Source: Amoebophrya sp. A120
Taxonomy: Eukaryota; Protista; Dinoflagellata
Direction: 5' to 3'
DNA: 64,000 nt
NCBI GenBank assembly: GCA_905178155.1
Contig: CAJINV010000010.1
Location: 2,872,587 to 2,936,586, forward strand
This document shows, piece after piece, positions 10,806-21,659 of this stretch; the stretch's first letter is position 1; every line of letters starts with the position of its first letter. The position numbers were made by a program, and so were the translations under genes. The notes under the pieces are model-generated. The model did not search any database, was not told where the DNA came from, and saw only the letters and a list, made by a program, of their open reading frames with translations.

Positions 10806-13800
10806 TCATAGCATCAACTTATCCCGTTGCCGCAAATTTCTTTTTACCTTTTCCTTATTCTCGAGAATCTTTTTCCTCTTCTCCGCTATGGATTGCAAAA
10901 GTGTCTGGGTCTGGAAGAATTGGAACTTGTCATGCGATTTCTGGAACAGGCAAAAATTTGTGTTGCATAAGCACCAAAAGCTTCCCAGTTCTTGCTACGC
11001 AAATGAGGAATTTCTCATGCGGGACAGACATCAGGAGGCCTGCGCAAAACCTGTAATGCTTTTGCGTGCAGTTGTAGAGACCAGTTGCGTGATCCAGAAG
11101 ATGCATGACAAGCCTAGCAATTTTGTTCCAGACCCAGACACTTTTGCGGTTGATATCCGCAGGAGAACTACCAACGTCTCGATCAGACTCCCCACTCGAG
11201 GACGTCAAAATCCCGCCACGTATGGGATTCTCAAACGTTACATTCTCAACTGTTACATGATTTGTCATGCAAATCTACCATGAACCACCAGACAATCAAG
11301 CCACCTCGCATGACAAATCCCCGAAGGGCTAAACAGCGCCTAAATCTGTGCCGGATTTATGATGCGAGAGTTGCAAGCTTGCCCCTTTCACTGTTGCGGT
11401 TCTTGCATCACAAATTCATGTAACAGTTCAGAATGTAACGTTTGAGAACGCCATACCACGTGACTTGTCGGAATTGATCGACAGTCTTGTCATCTCCGTC
11501 GCGACAAGGCGTTTAGTATTTTTGTTGTTTTTCACCCCAGAAGAGGAAGACGAGTCCTCGGCAAGTTCGTCGGAGAGGACCTCGTTATGATCTTTGTGGC
11601 CCCTGTTGTAGTCGCCATTTCTATCCGGACCCGCATGATCCCTGGTACTGCTCTCCCCTGCTCTTTCCGCACCAATATGTAGGCTGAAGGCTGACCTAGA
11701 GCTGCTGAAGATTTTCGTGATTTGCGCTGCTTCTCTCAGCTTCCTCTTCATCAGGGCGGCGGTGGAATTTGCCTTCAGGCTTTTTCCCTTCTTCACACCG
11801 TCCTGGAGATCCTCCTCGTCAGAACTGCTCCCATACTCGTAAATGACGTTCCCCTATCAGATGCAAATATGTCTGGGTTTGGAAGGATGCGAAGTTCGTC
11901 ATGCACCACATTTTGCATGACTCCTGATGTCTGTGATTCATGCCCTAGCATCACAGATTTTGTGAGGCCTTCCTGATGCCTAGACCGCATGATAGATGCC
12001 CTCTTGATGCCGTGGCAAAAACTGGACCTCTTTTGCAGCTGTTCATGCAATACAGATTTTTGTAGAATCTAGATGCAGCATCACAAGTTGCATCCTTCCA
12101 GACATCCAAGGATATTTGCAATGCATATCCCCTGTTCGTCCCTCGCGTAGGTCTGCATGCTCATCCAGTTCAAATACCGCGGTAAATCGGTTCTCCGACT
12201 CGACGAGATTTTCTCCTTTAGCCGCGTGATCTGTGAGCAGCAAAGCAACACCACCAAGCTGTAGACCAGGAAGATGAAAAAGCAAACGAGGAAGATTATC
12301 GCCAACACGGAAAGCTCCGCCATAAAGATGTCTACGCCGGACCGGGTAGCGGTAAAAGTTCCGTAGCAGTCAATCCGGTTGGGGTAGGGATCCACGCCAG
12401 TTTCAACATGAATATCATCTGAAGACGATGATGTTGAACTCAGCCCGGTCATCGGCCGCCCAAAGAGATTTTCCACCTCTTGATCCGAAAAGTCCAAAAT
12501 TCTGGTCAAAAACGCCGCGAAGGGAATCGGGTTCAACCGGATCAAATTCGGCCGGGCGCAGATCAGCTCGGACGTATCCACAGGAAAGTTCCAACCCGCA
12601 CACGTACAAATGTAGTTGTTTCTGCATGACAAAACTTGCCTTCAACCTTGGTCAGCATGACAAGTTGGAAACTCTAAGTTAGCGAAATTCGTCATGCATT
12701 TTGTGTATGTGCGGAAATTTTGTATTGCATAGGACACATGATCGGTGTACAGGTACATATTTTCGAGCCACTGCAACCGCCACTGGTCGATGAAGTAGGT
12801 TTTTGTAGTAGTGGCAGTCCCCGAAGATGAAGAAGAAGAAGAAGTACTAGATGCGCTTGTTCCGCCTCCTCCTGCTGTATTCGTATTCCCACCACTCCCG
12901 CCACCCGCGTCAATTGCGATGGAGATCCCGCCCTGCATGGGGCTCGCCGCTACCTCGGGAAAAACTTTTCGCGCATCCCTGTCGTTCTCGTTGAACAGTT
13001 GCTCCGAAATAACGATCTTCGCTGGGCCGATCAGTAGCACCGGTTTGTTGTGCGTGTCGGAGTTTTGGATGTTAATCACCAACTTCGCAGAGTTCGACTT
13101 TTTGTTCGGTAAATCGCAGGTGTATTCCCCCGCCTTGCAGTAGTACCGGGGGTCGGTCTATCCAGGAAAAAACACCCATCCCCATCCAATTTGTATTTGT
13201 CATGCAAAACATGCATAATTTGCAGTGTTTGTCATGCAAAAAATGAATGGGGATGGGTGTTTCTACCTGAATACGGTCCATTTACTGTCCACACACACGG
13301 AGCTCAGCTGCTGCTCACCAACGCGGTTTGCAGTGCGCTCGAAAATGCCCTCGCCGACAGGTCCTGCACCAAACGCGCCGCCGCCTCCGCGGCCCCCCGG
13401 TCCTCTTTCGGAGGCACCTCCACCGGTTTGTATTCCGTCACGTCTGCGCTGTCCCCGAACATTCGTCTTCGGCACGGCCGCGCGGATGAAATGCTTGTCA
13501 AGCAGGGCGGTGATGGACCTTTATCAAATGTAAAAGTGTCTGGGTCTGGAAGAGTGCATGTTTGTCATGCTTGTCTGGCATGACTGTCATGCACGTCACC
13601 CAAGAGCGCCATTTTTCTGTCATGCAGAAACGCAGTTTGTCATTCAGAATTATAGGCAAGAACACCTAGAAGCTCAGAAACTTGTCATGCTGAGCCAGCA
13701 CTTGCGGCCTCCTCATGATACGCCGCCCAGCATCACAAGTTTCCAGACCCAGACATTTTTACAATCCATAACCTTGGAGCATTAGCAATTTTTGCTGTAC

Positions 13801-16800
13801 CGTTCGTCCCCGGCCGCTGGGAGGATGACGACGACGGCCCGGAAGCAGCTGCAGAATTGCGATCGTTCTTCGGAAGAGCCGTCTCGTCGGAGGAAGATGC
13901 AGCAGCAGCTCCTGCTCCACCACCTGCTCCGCTAGAACTCATATCCGCACTATTAGTACTTCTATCCGCCCCAATATGGGAGTGTCAGAATCGAAATCGA
14001 CAAAATCGAAAAACTTGTAATGCATAAAATGTAGGGCACGCATGGCCTGTGTTGGGGAGCAGGCAAATGAGACCGATTGCAAGCCTGTTTAGAGGAGGGC
14101 GATGCGCTCCCAGAGTAGCATGACAGGAGCAGTCTTCTTTGTCTAAACAGCATGACAAACTGGATCTTGGTGCTCCCGAAATTTGTCATGCGCCACTTGA
14201 AAACTGAGGCTTCAACTGGTATCGATTTTGCGCATCACAAATTTTTCGATTTTGTCAATTTCGATTCTGACACTTGCATACCCGAATCTGCGGATCACAA
14301 TCGCCTTGCCCAGGTAATTATGGATTGCAAAAGTGTCTGGGTCTGGAAGAATGCAACTTGTGATGCGCATTTCAGAACACAGAAAAATCTCTCATGCATA
14401 GGTAGCAAAAGCTGCCCACTTTCTGTCACCAAAGTGGGGGATTTGTCATGCGGATTCGGCATTGGGGAAGCTTCTCGAAACCTGTGATGCTAGAGCTTCC
14501 ATGCCAGACCTTGTGTGTCATGCAAAAACAGCATGAATCTTCCAGACCCAGACATTTTTACATTTGATAGTAATTCAGAGGACAGCGGAGAGCCAGCATT
14601 TCCTCGAAAATTCCGTTCTGTTTGATCTTTTCCAATTGCAATCCATGCACCCAAATCTTTGACCACAGGGACAGATTCCTGAAGGGATGGTAAGCAGGGC
14701 TTGTAGTTGGAGTACTACTAGTACTTCCAGCGGCGGCCGTTGCAGCAGCCTGTTCTTTCACTGCGTCCAGCCCAGCGAGCGTTTTTACTTTCGATGAGAA
14801 AATGTTGATCAGATTGTAGTTGATGGTCAGTTCGTTCTCCTGTGAGAGTGCGCAACTCCTCCTCCCCCTCATTTGTATTGCATAAACAGCAATACCAGCG
14901 TCGGCAAGAATACAGGTTCTGCACGACAAATTCGGACAGGAGTGTAGTGCTATTTGGGCTGCCAGAACTTGTCATGCAACAAGTACCAAGAGCAGGAGAG
15001 GCGTAAATTAGGTATTCTGCATGACAAATGAGGGGGAGGGGGAGTTGTGCACTGTCATATCTCCCGATGGTAGAGCACTGTCCCATATTCCAGCAGTTTC
15101 AATGTTTGCTCGTCGCCGGAAAAAAAAGTTGAACTGTCCTCAGGTGAAAATGAATTTGAAATCATACTGGCGTTGAAATTCTTGTTCAGTTTCATGGCTG
15201 TGGCAATGTCCCCGCGGAACAAGTGCGGAAGGTGCCCACTGTCCTGCGCGTCGAGCTCCGGCGCCAAGCCGTAGGTGTCCGAAAAACCATATTTTTCTGA
15301 AAACGCGGCGCTCTCCTCATAGTAACCCTCGACGGCGTCTTGTAGAAGTGTGGTCGACCCACTATGGTCCTCTACAACTGCTGCTCCACCTGCTCGTCCG
15401 GACGAGGCACTGCTGCCTGGAGCAGTTTCGGCTAATATCTTCCCGCTGCTCTGCGTATAATACGGCGAGGACGCAAAGCTCTCCAACCCGCGAACGACGA
15501 ACTCCTCCCCTAGCCCGGTTCTACAGCTGTACTGGGCCGCGTTGCACATGTACTTTTGCTTGTAAAACTCCTCCTTATAGCAGTTCATCCGATCGAGCGA
15601 CAACTGCGGGCGGTACTCGTTATCGTGCGGGTCGATCGGGAAAAACAAAGAAGTTCGGACTGTCAACCTCTCCCCCTCCATGCCCCCGCAGAAAATTTCG
15701 CCGACCGTGCCGTCTTCCGTTGGATACATGTATTCCACGGACCGGCGAGATAACAGTCTGCTTTCCCGTATGCTGTGCAAAAGTATCGTACTCGTATTGC
15801 AATCGTGCACAGCAAATCTTTTCGTTATAGGTAAATCCGCATTATAAATTATTTCTTATGCTGAGAAAAAGAAAATTTGTGATGCATTTATACGAGTACG
15901 TATACTTTTGCAGTTCATATTCCGGAGAAATTCGTACTTCTCGTTCTTCCTTCTCGTCGTGCCAGCAGTACTAGATATGGAAGTGTCAGAATCGAAATTG
16001 GCAAAATCGAAAAACTTGTGATGCACAAAATCGATGTCAGTTGGAGCCTCAATTCCAAGTGGCGCATGACAAATTTGGGAAGCACCCAAATCCAGTCTGT
16101 CATGCTGTTTGGACAAAGAAGACTCCTCCTGTCATGCTGCTCGGGCAGCACATTGTATACCCCTAAACAGGCTTACAATCGGTCTCATTTGCCTGCCCCC
16201 CAATACAGGCCTTTGGTGTCCTACATTTTATGCATCACAAATTTTTCGATTTTGTCGATTTCGATCCTGACACATCCATACTAGAACCACCCGCAGTATT
16301 AGAGTTATCCCGCTTTATCGAAGATTCCGGCTTCTCCTCATCTGTGTAAGCGGTTCTCTGGTCCAAATCTTTGTATTCCGGCGGGATCCAGAGATCGAGA
16401 GAAAATGCCTGGGTTTGGACACCGGAAGCCTCGCCTAGTCCCGCGTGGTAGAGATGTGAGTAGCTCATGCCAACCACCATCCCCGGGGTCTTCTCCAGCG
16501 GATCAATCATCAAGTACAGCGCTTGGGGATTCATCAGCGCCTGCAGTGAGAGAATCTCCGTACAGATGTACATCCCCCGGCAGCCCCCGGATTTCCGTAA
16601 AGGGGTATTATGGTATGACAATTCTTGATCTTGGTCGAGGGGTTTCCGGACCTTATCGGGCTCGAAGTCCTGCTCTAGCAGGGTTGGGCTATCAATGTCG
16701 TCGGGCAGGAGTTGTTCTTTTTGTGCGGTGGTGAGACCACTGCTCGACGAGGGACGAACGTTTATTTCTTCCGCTTGGAGTTCTTGCTGTTGCTGGTTGC

Positions 16801-17173
16801 TGTTTACGCGAGGGCCTTGTTGCGCCGGTAGAACGCGGGTAGCACCCAGGGAAGACGAAGATTCGGTAGATTGACCGGTGTTTCCTCCGCGGCCGGCTCC
16901 AGTAGTTCCGCCCTTGGAGGGGGTGACGACCCTGTCTTGCTGCTGGCCCGCTCCTGCTTGAGACGAACTGGTACTTGCGCCACGACCTCCGCCGCCCGCG
17001 CCTTTTTGGAAAGTAGTTTGCCGGGAAGCATCTTCTGCCGTTGCGTCAGCTGCAGTGGCGGTTGCTGGGAGACGACTAGACGCTGCGGCTAGCAGAAACA
17101 AGCTGCTTGGGGAGGGAATGACCCCCCGTAGGGCAGAACCAGAGGAGCATCGAAAAGCACGGGCGTCCTTCAT
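10806..17173 (-). CDS. Large unknown membrane protein (signal-like N-terminus, Cys-containing ectodomain, one TM helix, charged tail), about 12 exons
   Basis: Frame is continuous after removing 10 TIR elements plus one unresolved intron (~12603-12737); TM LSVLAIIFLVCFFIFLVYSLVVLLCC; stop at 10806-10808. Confidence 0.75.
10887..11155. mobile_element. Introner family A
   Basis: TIR, repeat TCCGC. Confidence 0.9.
11221..11455. mobile_element. Introner family D
   Basis: About 40-bp TIR TATGG..TTCTCAAACGTTACATTCT.AACTGTTACATGA, repeat CCACG. Confidence 0.9.
11855..12127. mobile_element. Introner family A
   Basis: TIR, repeat TCCCC; removal gives DEQGNVIYEY. Confidence 0.9.
13159..13273. mobile_element. 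Introner family E (short)
   Basis: TIR TAT.CAGG.A.AAACACCCATCCCCAT, repeat CGGTC; removal gives DSKWTDPRYYC. Confidence 0.9.
13522..13770. mobile_element. Introner family A
   Basis: TIR, repeat ACCTT; interior closely matches 40221-40472. Confidence 0.9.
13975..14280. mobile_element. Introner family F
   Basis: About 50-bp TIR TATG..AGTGTCAGAATCGAAAT.GACAAAATCGAAAAA, repeat CCCAA/CCCGA. Confidence 0.9.
14319..14569. mobile_element. Introner family A
   Basis: TIR, repeat GTAAT; removal gives CPLNYLGKAIV. Confidence 0.9.
14841..15059. mobile_element. Introner family G
   Basis: TIR T.TGA.AGTGC.CAACTCC.CCTCCCCCTCATTTGT, repeat TCTCC; removal gives LYHRENELTI. Confidence 0.9.
15769..15919. mobile_element. 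Introner family B
   Basis: TIR, repeat TCCCG/TTCCG. Confidence 0.88.
15976..16280. mobile_element. Introner family F, inverted relative to the 13975 copy
   Basis: TIR, repeat CTAGA; interior is the reverse complement of 13975-14280. Confidence 0.9.
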
Positions 17174-17519
17174 GCTGGAATCTTATTTTCCGGCTTTTAT
17201 CTTCGTTATTTTAGGACAAGGAGCCGACTCTCGTTGTCGTTCCTTTTGCGGAGAAAACAAAGCGACAAGCGACTCTTAAATTGACTTCATCATGAGATGA
17301 AACCAAAAATGGTGGTGGATGTTGAATAAACACTCAACAAAGCCCCGCCATTCCAATCACGGGAACAACGCCATCAGCGAGCTCGAGCTCGGCCTGCCCC
17401 CGTCGCGCAGCCGTATTCATTTTAGCGGCGCCAGGGTAAGTAGTTCATTTATCATTACAGTTCTTCACACAACGCGCAAAGGTGATCATCAAAAGAGGTT
17501 CTTTAATCGAATTATTTCT

Positions 17520-18678
17520 CTATCCGTTCGGCCTTGCTTCCTGCTGCAGTTTCAAAACCAGCCAATCCATGCCCGCGTTTAATCCTTCGCCCGTCAACGC
17601 GCAGCAGGGAAGGATTTGCCAGTCGTGCGTTTTTATCTCGTTTAGGGATAAATTGTGCACCAAATCCGCAGCGGTCAAAGCGCCGGAGACGTCTTGCTTG
17701 TTCGCGAGAATGAGAACTGCTCGGACTGTATTACGGACTTGCGGGAGGTATCAAATGCAAAAATGTCTGGGTCTGGAAGAATGCGCGATTTGTCATGCAG
17801 CTTTTCCATGACCCATGAGGCCTGGAATGCAGGGTCTAGCATGACAGATTCTGCACGATCTCTCTCATGCCTATCCTGCATGAGAAACTCCCTCCCGACT
17901 TGATCAAAACAGGGCGACTTTTGGCAATCATGCAACACAGATTTGTGCATGCTTCAGATTTAGCATGACAAGTTGCATTCTTCCAGACCCAGACACTTTT
18001 ACATTTGATAGGAGGATTAGGATGTTCATCAGCTCCATTTTTGCGGTCACCTAGTTATAGTTTTTGAGGGACGGATCCGGAATTTCTCATATGTACTGTG
18101 TGTGTTAGTTTTTCTGCATGAGAGAATAAGAAAGAAAGCTCTAACTCTACGACGGTGACGGAGCACACAATGCATGAGAAACCAGTACTAGAAAAAGCAA
18201 TACTAGTGACTCCGTGTCATTCGAGTCGACAACGAAGATCACAGCGTCCGCGAAATTGTCTGACTGGAAATAGCTCGGCCAGAGGTCTCTGAGCTTCTCC
18301 TGGCCACCCAGATCCCAACACGTGAACGTCACGCCTTTGTACCTGGTGTTTCTTCGCAGTTTGTAAATTTGAAACACTGCAGCTGGTGCCTGTCGTGCAC
18401 CACCTCGAGCACTGTCGAAAATCATGCGTCATCGGTATTTTCCAAGATTGGGTTGCGACGTATGCCTAGTGAATGGCTTCCTCGTAAGTAGTAAGAAAGT
18501 ACTTTAGCTCCTCAATGTTGCATCCGATGGTGGGCTGTGTTACCACCGGTTGGTTCAACGCCAGGCGGTATAGAATCGTCGTTTTGCCGGCATTGTTCAG
18601 TCCTACGAGGACTATTCGGTAGGCTTGATCCGTCCCGTGGAAAAACTTCCGCCACAGACTGCTGATCGCGATGCCCAT
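17520..18678 (-). CDS. ARL5: ARF-family small GTPase, ARL5-like, 4 exons
   Basis: MGIAIS start, [37 protein letters not shown] introns at 18051-18203 and 18343-18502, plus one family A element. Subfamily is less certain than family. Confidence 0.85.
17749..18010. mobile_element. Introner family A
   Basis: TIR, repeat GGAGG; removal gives [24 protein letters not shown]. Confidence 0.92.
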
Positions 18679-19612
18679 GGTAATGTCTTCTTCTTCTTGC
18701 CAACTCCGGCTCCCGTCGTTTTCCACTTCGGTGCTCTTCTATTGGCCGCTGTCGCTGTGCAAGAAATAGCTTGTTCGCAACACCCCGACGGCGCATGGTT
18801 GGATCAATATTGATGCTTCCTTCGACGCATCAGGAGTTGTGCTAATACACAGGAGAGAGGAAGAACAAGGACACCGAAAAGCTTTCTACCAAACGCAGAT
18901 AAAGGGAAGATCGTCTACGTCTTCTTTGAGATTCATAACCGGCTTTTTTTGTTTCAAAAACATGAAGAACGAAGATAGATCTTTGCCAGTTCTGCGATCG
19001 ATTCTTTGCATGCTTCCATTTCACAAAGACAGAGAGAGCAGCGAGCGCAAGAACCTCACCTGTTGCCCGTGCGCAAACCGGAAAAGCAAAAGTACGCACC
19101 ACGAATGAAAACGAAAACCCTAGTCCGTCACGAACTAAAGTTGTTCAACACAGCAGAGCCAAGAAAGCGAATACATCGTATGGAAGAACACGGAGTAGCA
19201 CGACTGTGCCAACAAAAGATGAAGTTGGACATGACCACAACCCACTGAGTTTTTGTTTCACCGTATCTATCATATAAATCTGTTCTTTTTGTACTTACTT
19301 ATGTCTCTTCTGGTCGTTGGTACACAAGGAAATCGTTCGTCACAACTAGTACTTTTTGTTGAAAATCATGTAAAAATGGGGTCGTCCTCGATCTTGTAAA
19401 GACAAATAATAGCCTTGCTGTTTACTCTTCTTACGATTAAATCCTGAGATATTTTCGAAAACGAACCATAGCCCGTATGGTAATTCGCCTTCTGGTAGCT
19501 GATACTTAACAGGTACAGGAGGTCGCTTAATTTTTTGATAAGAGGAAGTGCGCGCCGCAGCTCCCCCTGTGCTGCGCCTGCGCAACACAAACCGGCAAGA
19601 ACATTACTACCC

Positions 19613-21399
19613 TCACCGCCTGTAATCCTGATCGTAGTTTCTCTGCCTTCGATCGTCCCGTTCTCGGTGATGTCCACCTCGATTATTATCGTCCCGTCGG
19701 TAGTTGTTGTGATCTCGATCCCGCTGATTATGATACTGATCCCGACCACCTTGCTGGTGCTGTTGCCCTCCTCTGTCTCGGTCATTATTTCTCCCACCAT
19801 AATTATTCCTGCCGTGATTATGATCGGAAGAGTTGTTGTAGTCCTGCTCCCCTCCTCCATCCATATTCTGCTCGAAATTCCCCATCCCAACGACCTGCGG
19901 AATATCCTCCTTCACCGGGTCTTTCTGCTCCACCAACTTCACACTGATCCGCTGCCCCCGCAGCCGCCACGCATTCAATCCGTTCGCCCTCGATTGGCTG
20001 TAATTTACCACCGCCTTCGCGGTTTCCCGGCTGTCGAACTTGATAAACGCGAACCCGTATGCATTGCAAAAATATCGTACTAGTAGAAATTGCATGACAA
20101 ATTGACTTAGCATCACAAATCAAATTTGTAATGCAGATTTGCCTTAAGAAAAAAATTTGTAATGCATAAACGCAATTAATAGTACGAGTACGATTTACTT
20201 TTGCAGTGCATAACCCGCGACCCACTCCCGTCTTCGCGCCGATCGGAATGGAAATTTCCTCTATCCGGGCGAGCTCGGAGGTGCGCTGTTGGGGCTGGAG
20301 TTCACCTGGGGCGGGGAGCTGGTCATCCCTGTCGGAATTGGAGTTATTATTGTTCTCCGATAAATTCGGATCAACATTCGGATCCACCAAAACTCCACTC
20401 GCCTTGTCCTTCTGTTTTTTCATTTCTGCGTTCAACCCGTCTAAAAAGTCCGCAAACATGTCCCGAATCTGAAACTGCGTCACGTCCAATGGCAAATCCC
20501 GTAGCATTATGCATTACAAAAATGTCTGGGTGTGGAAGATTCCGAGATTTGTCATGCATATTTCTCATGACCCATGACGCCTGCAATGCATGACCTAGCA
20601 TCACAGACTTTTAGAGGGTTTCCTGATGCGCCTTCCGCATGAGAAATGCACTGTCCGCGTAGCTCAAACTGGACCTGTCTTGCTGGTCATGCAACACAAA
20701 TTTTCCTTAGAATCCAAAAACAGCATGACAAGTTGCAAGCTTCCAGACCCAGACATTTTTGCATTCGATAAGCATCACCGAATCCAAATCTTTCTGGCTC
20801 GCCTTTTGCATCCGGATGCCCTTGATGTTTTCGACGAAGATGTCTTTTTTCAGAAAATCCAGCAGCGGTATGATCGTCGCCTGTTTTTCTACCGCGAATT
20901 GGCACCCGTTGAGAATTATGCAACACAAAAGCATCGGACTTGCAGTGATTGCAGTATATGCATTACAAATCTCCATCCAAAAGTCAAACAGCATGACAAA
21001 TCCTATTTCTCAGGCTGAGCAAATTTGTAATGCAATTGATACTACTAGTACGAAGATGCTTTTGCAATGCATAAAAATCGCCTTCTGCATCCCCAGTCGG
21101 ATCGCTTTGCGCAACTCTTTCACTTCTTCTAAAACCTCTGTATCGCGGACAAACGCCGTCCACCCGTCGAACTGCACGTGGTTGTTCTCAAACTCGAAGG
21201 TGCGGGAAGCGAGGAGGACTGTGTTCACGTTCACAATGGTGTATCCACTGCAGAAGTATCGTACTCGCAGTCTGGCATGACAAATTTTACTTTCTACCTG
21301 ATTCAGCATGACAAACTGCGTTTTTGCTTTTGCGGAAATTTGTCATGCGATTCCTACTAAGTACGACGCTTTTGCAATGCATATGGTGGTTTCCGACAT
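19613..21399 (-). CDS. RRM RNA-binding protein with R/D/N/G-rich tail, 5 exons
   Basis: Splicing restores RNP2-like VMLRDLP and RNP1 RGFAFIKF; start MSETTIVNV; all four introns are TIR elements. Confidence 0.85.
20058..20212. mobile_element. Introner family B
   Basis: TIR, repeat ACCCG; interrupts RNP1. Confidence 0.92.
20508..20770. mobile_element. Introner family A
   Basis: TIR, repeat AGCAT; interrupts RNP2. Confidence 0.92.
20917..21073. mobile_element. Introner family B
   Basis: TIR, repeat AGAAT/AAAAT. Confidence 0.85.
21242..21383. mobile_element. Introner family B
   Basis: TIR, repeat TGGTG. Confidence 0.9.
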
Positions 21400-21659
21400 T
21401 TGGAGCGGTTTGTTCTGGCCAAAGGACATGAGTTCGGAGTACATGGCGAAATAGGGAGAGGAAGACCTGTAGTAGATTTTGGTGTCTTTTGATGTCTTTT
21501 AAAATAGAGTGGAGGCGGAAGGGTACTTAGGAAGACAGCTGAGACGAGGACTGCGCATGGTGGTGGAGTCGTAAATGAACTGGGCGGTCTACTTCCCATT
21601 CATTCAAAAACGTCAGCACAAACGCAATAAACCTCATTTTCAATTTTAGTGAACTACTG

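Noticed and set aside
233-14569. Fixed codon phase or fixed target sequence for insertions
   Set aside because: In the first 12 copies the repeats start at codon positions 1, 2 and 3 and have unrelated sequences.
19535-20083. Hydrophobic plus-strand ORF resembling a membrane protein (also other long plus-strand ORFs such as 6014-6808 and 59345-60274)
   Set aside because: Antisense shadows of minus-strand coding sequence.
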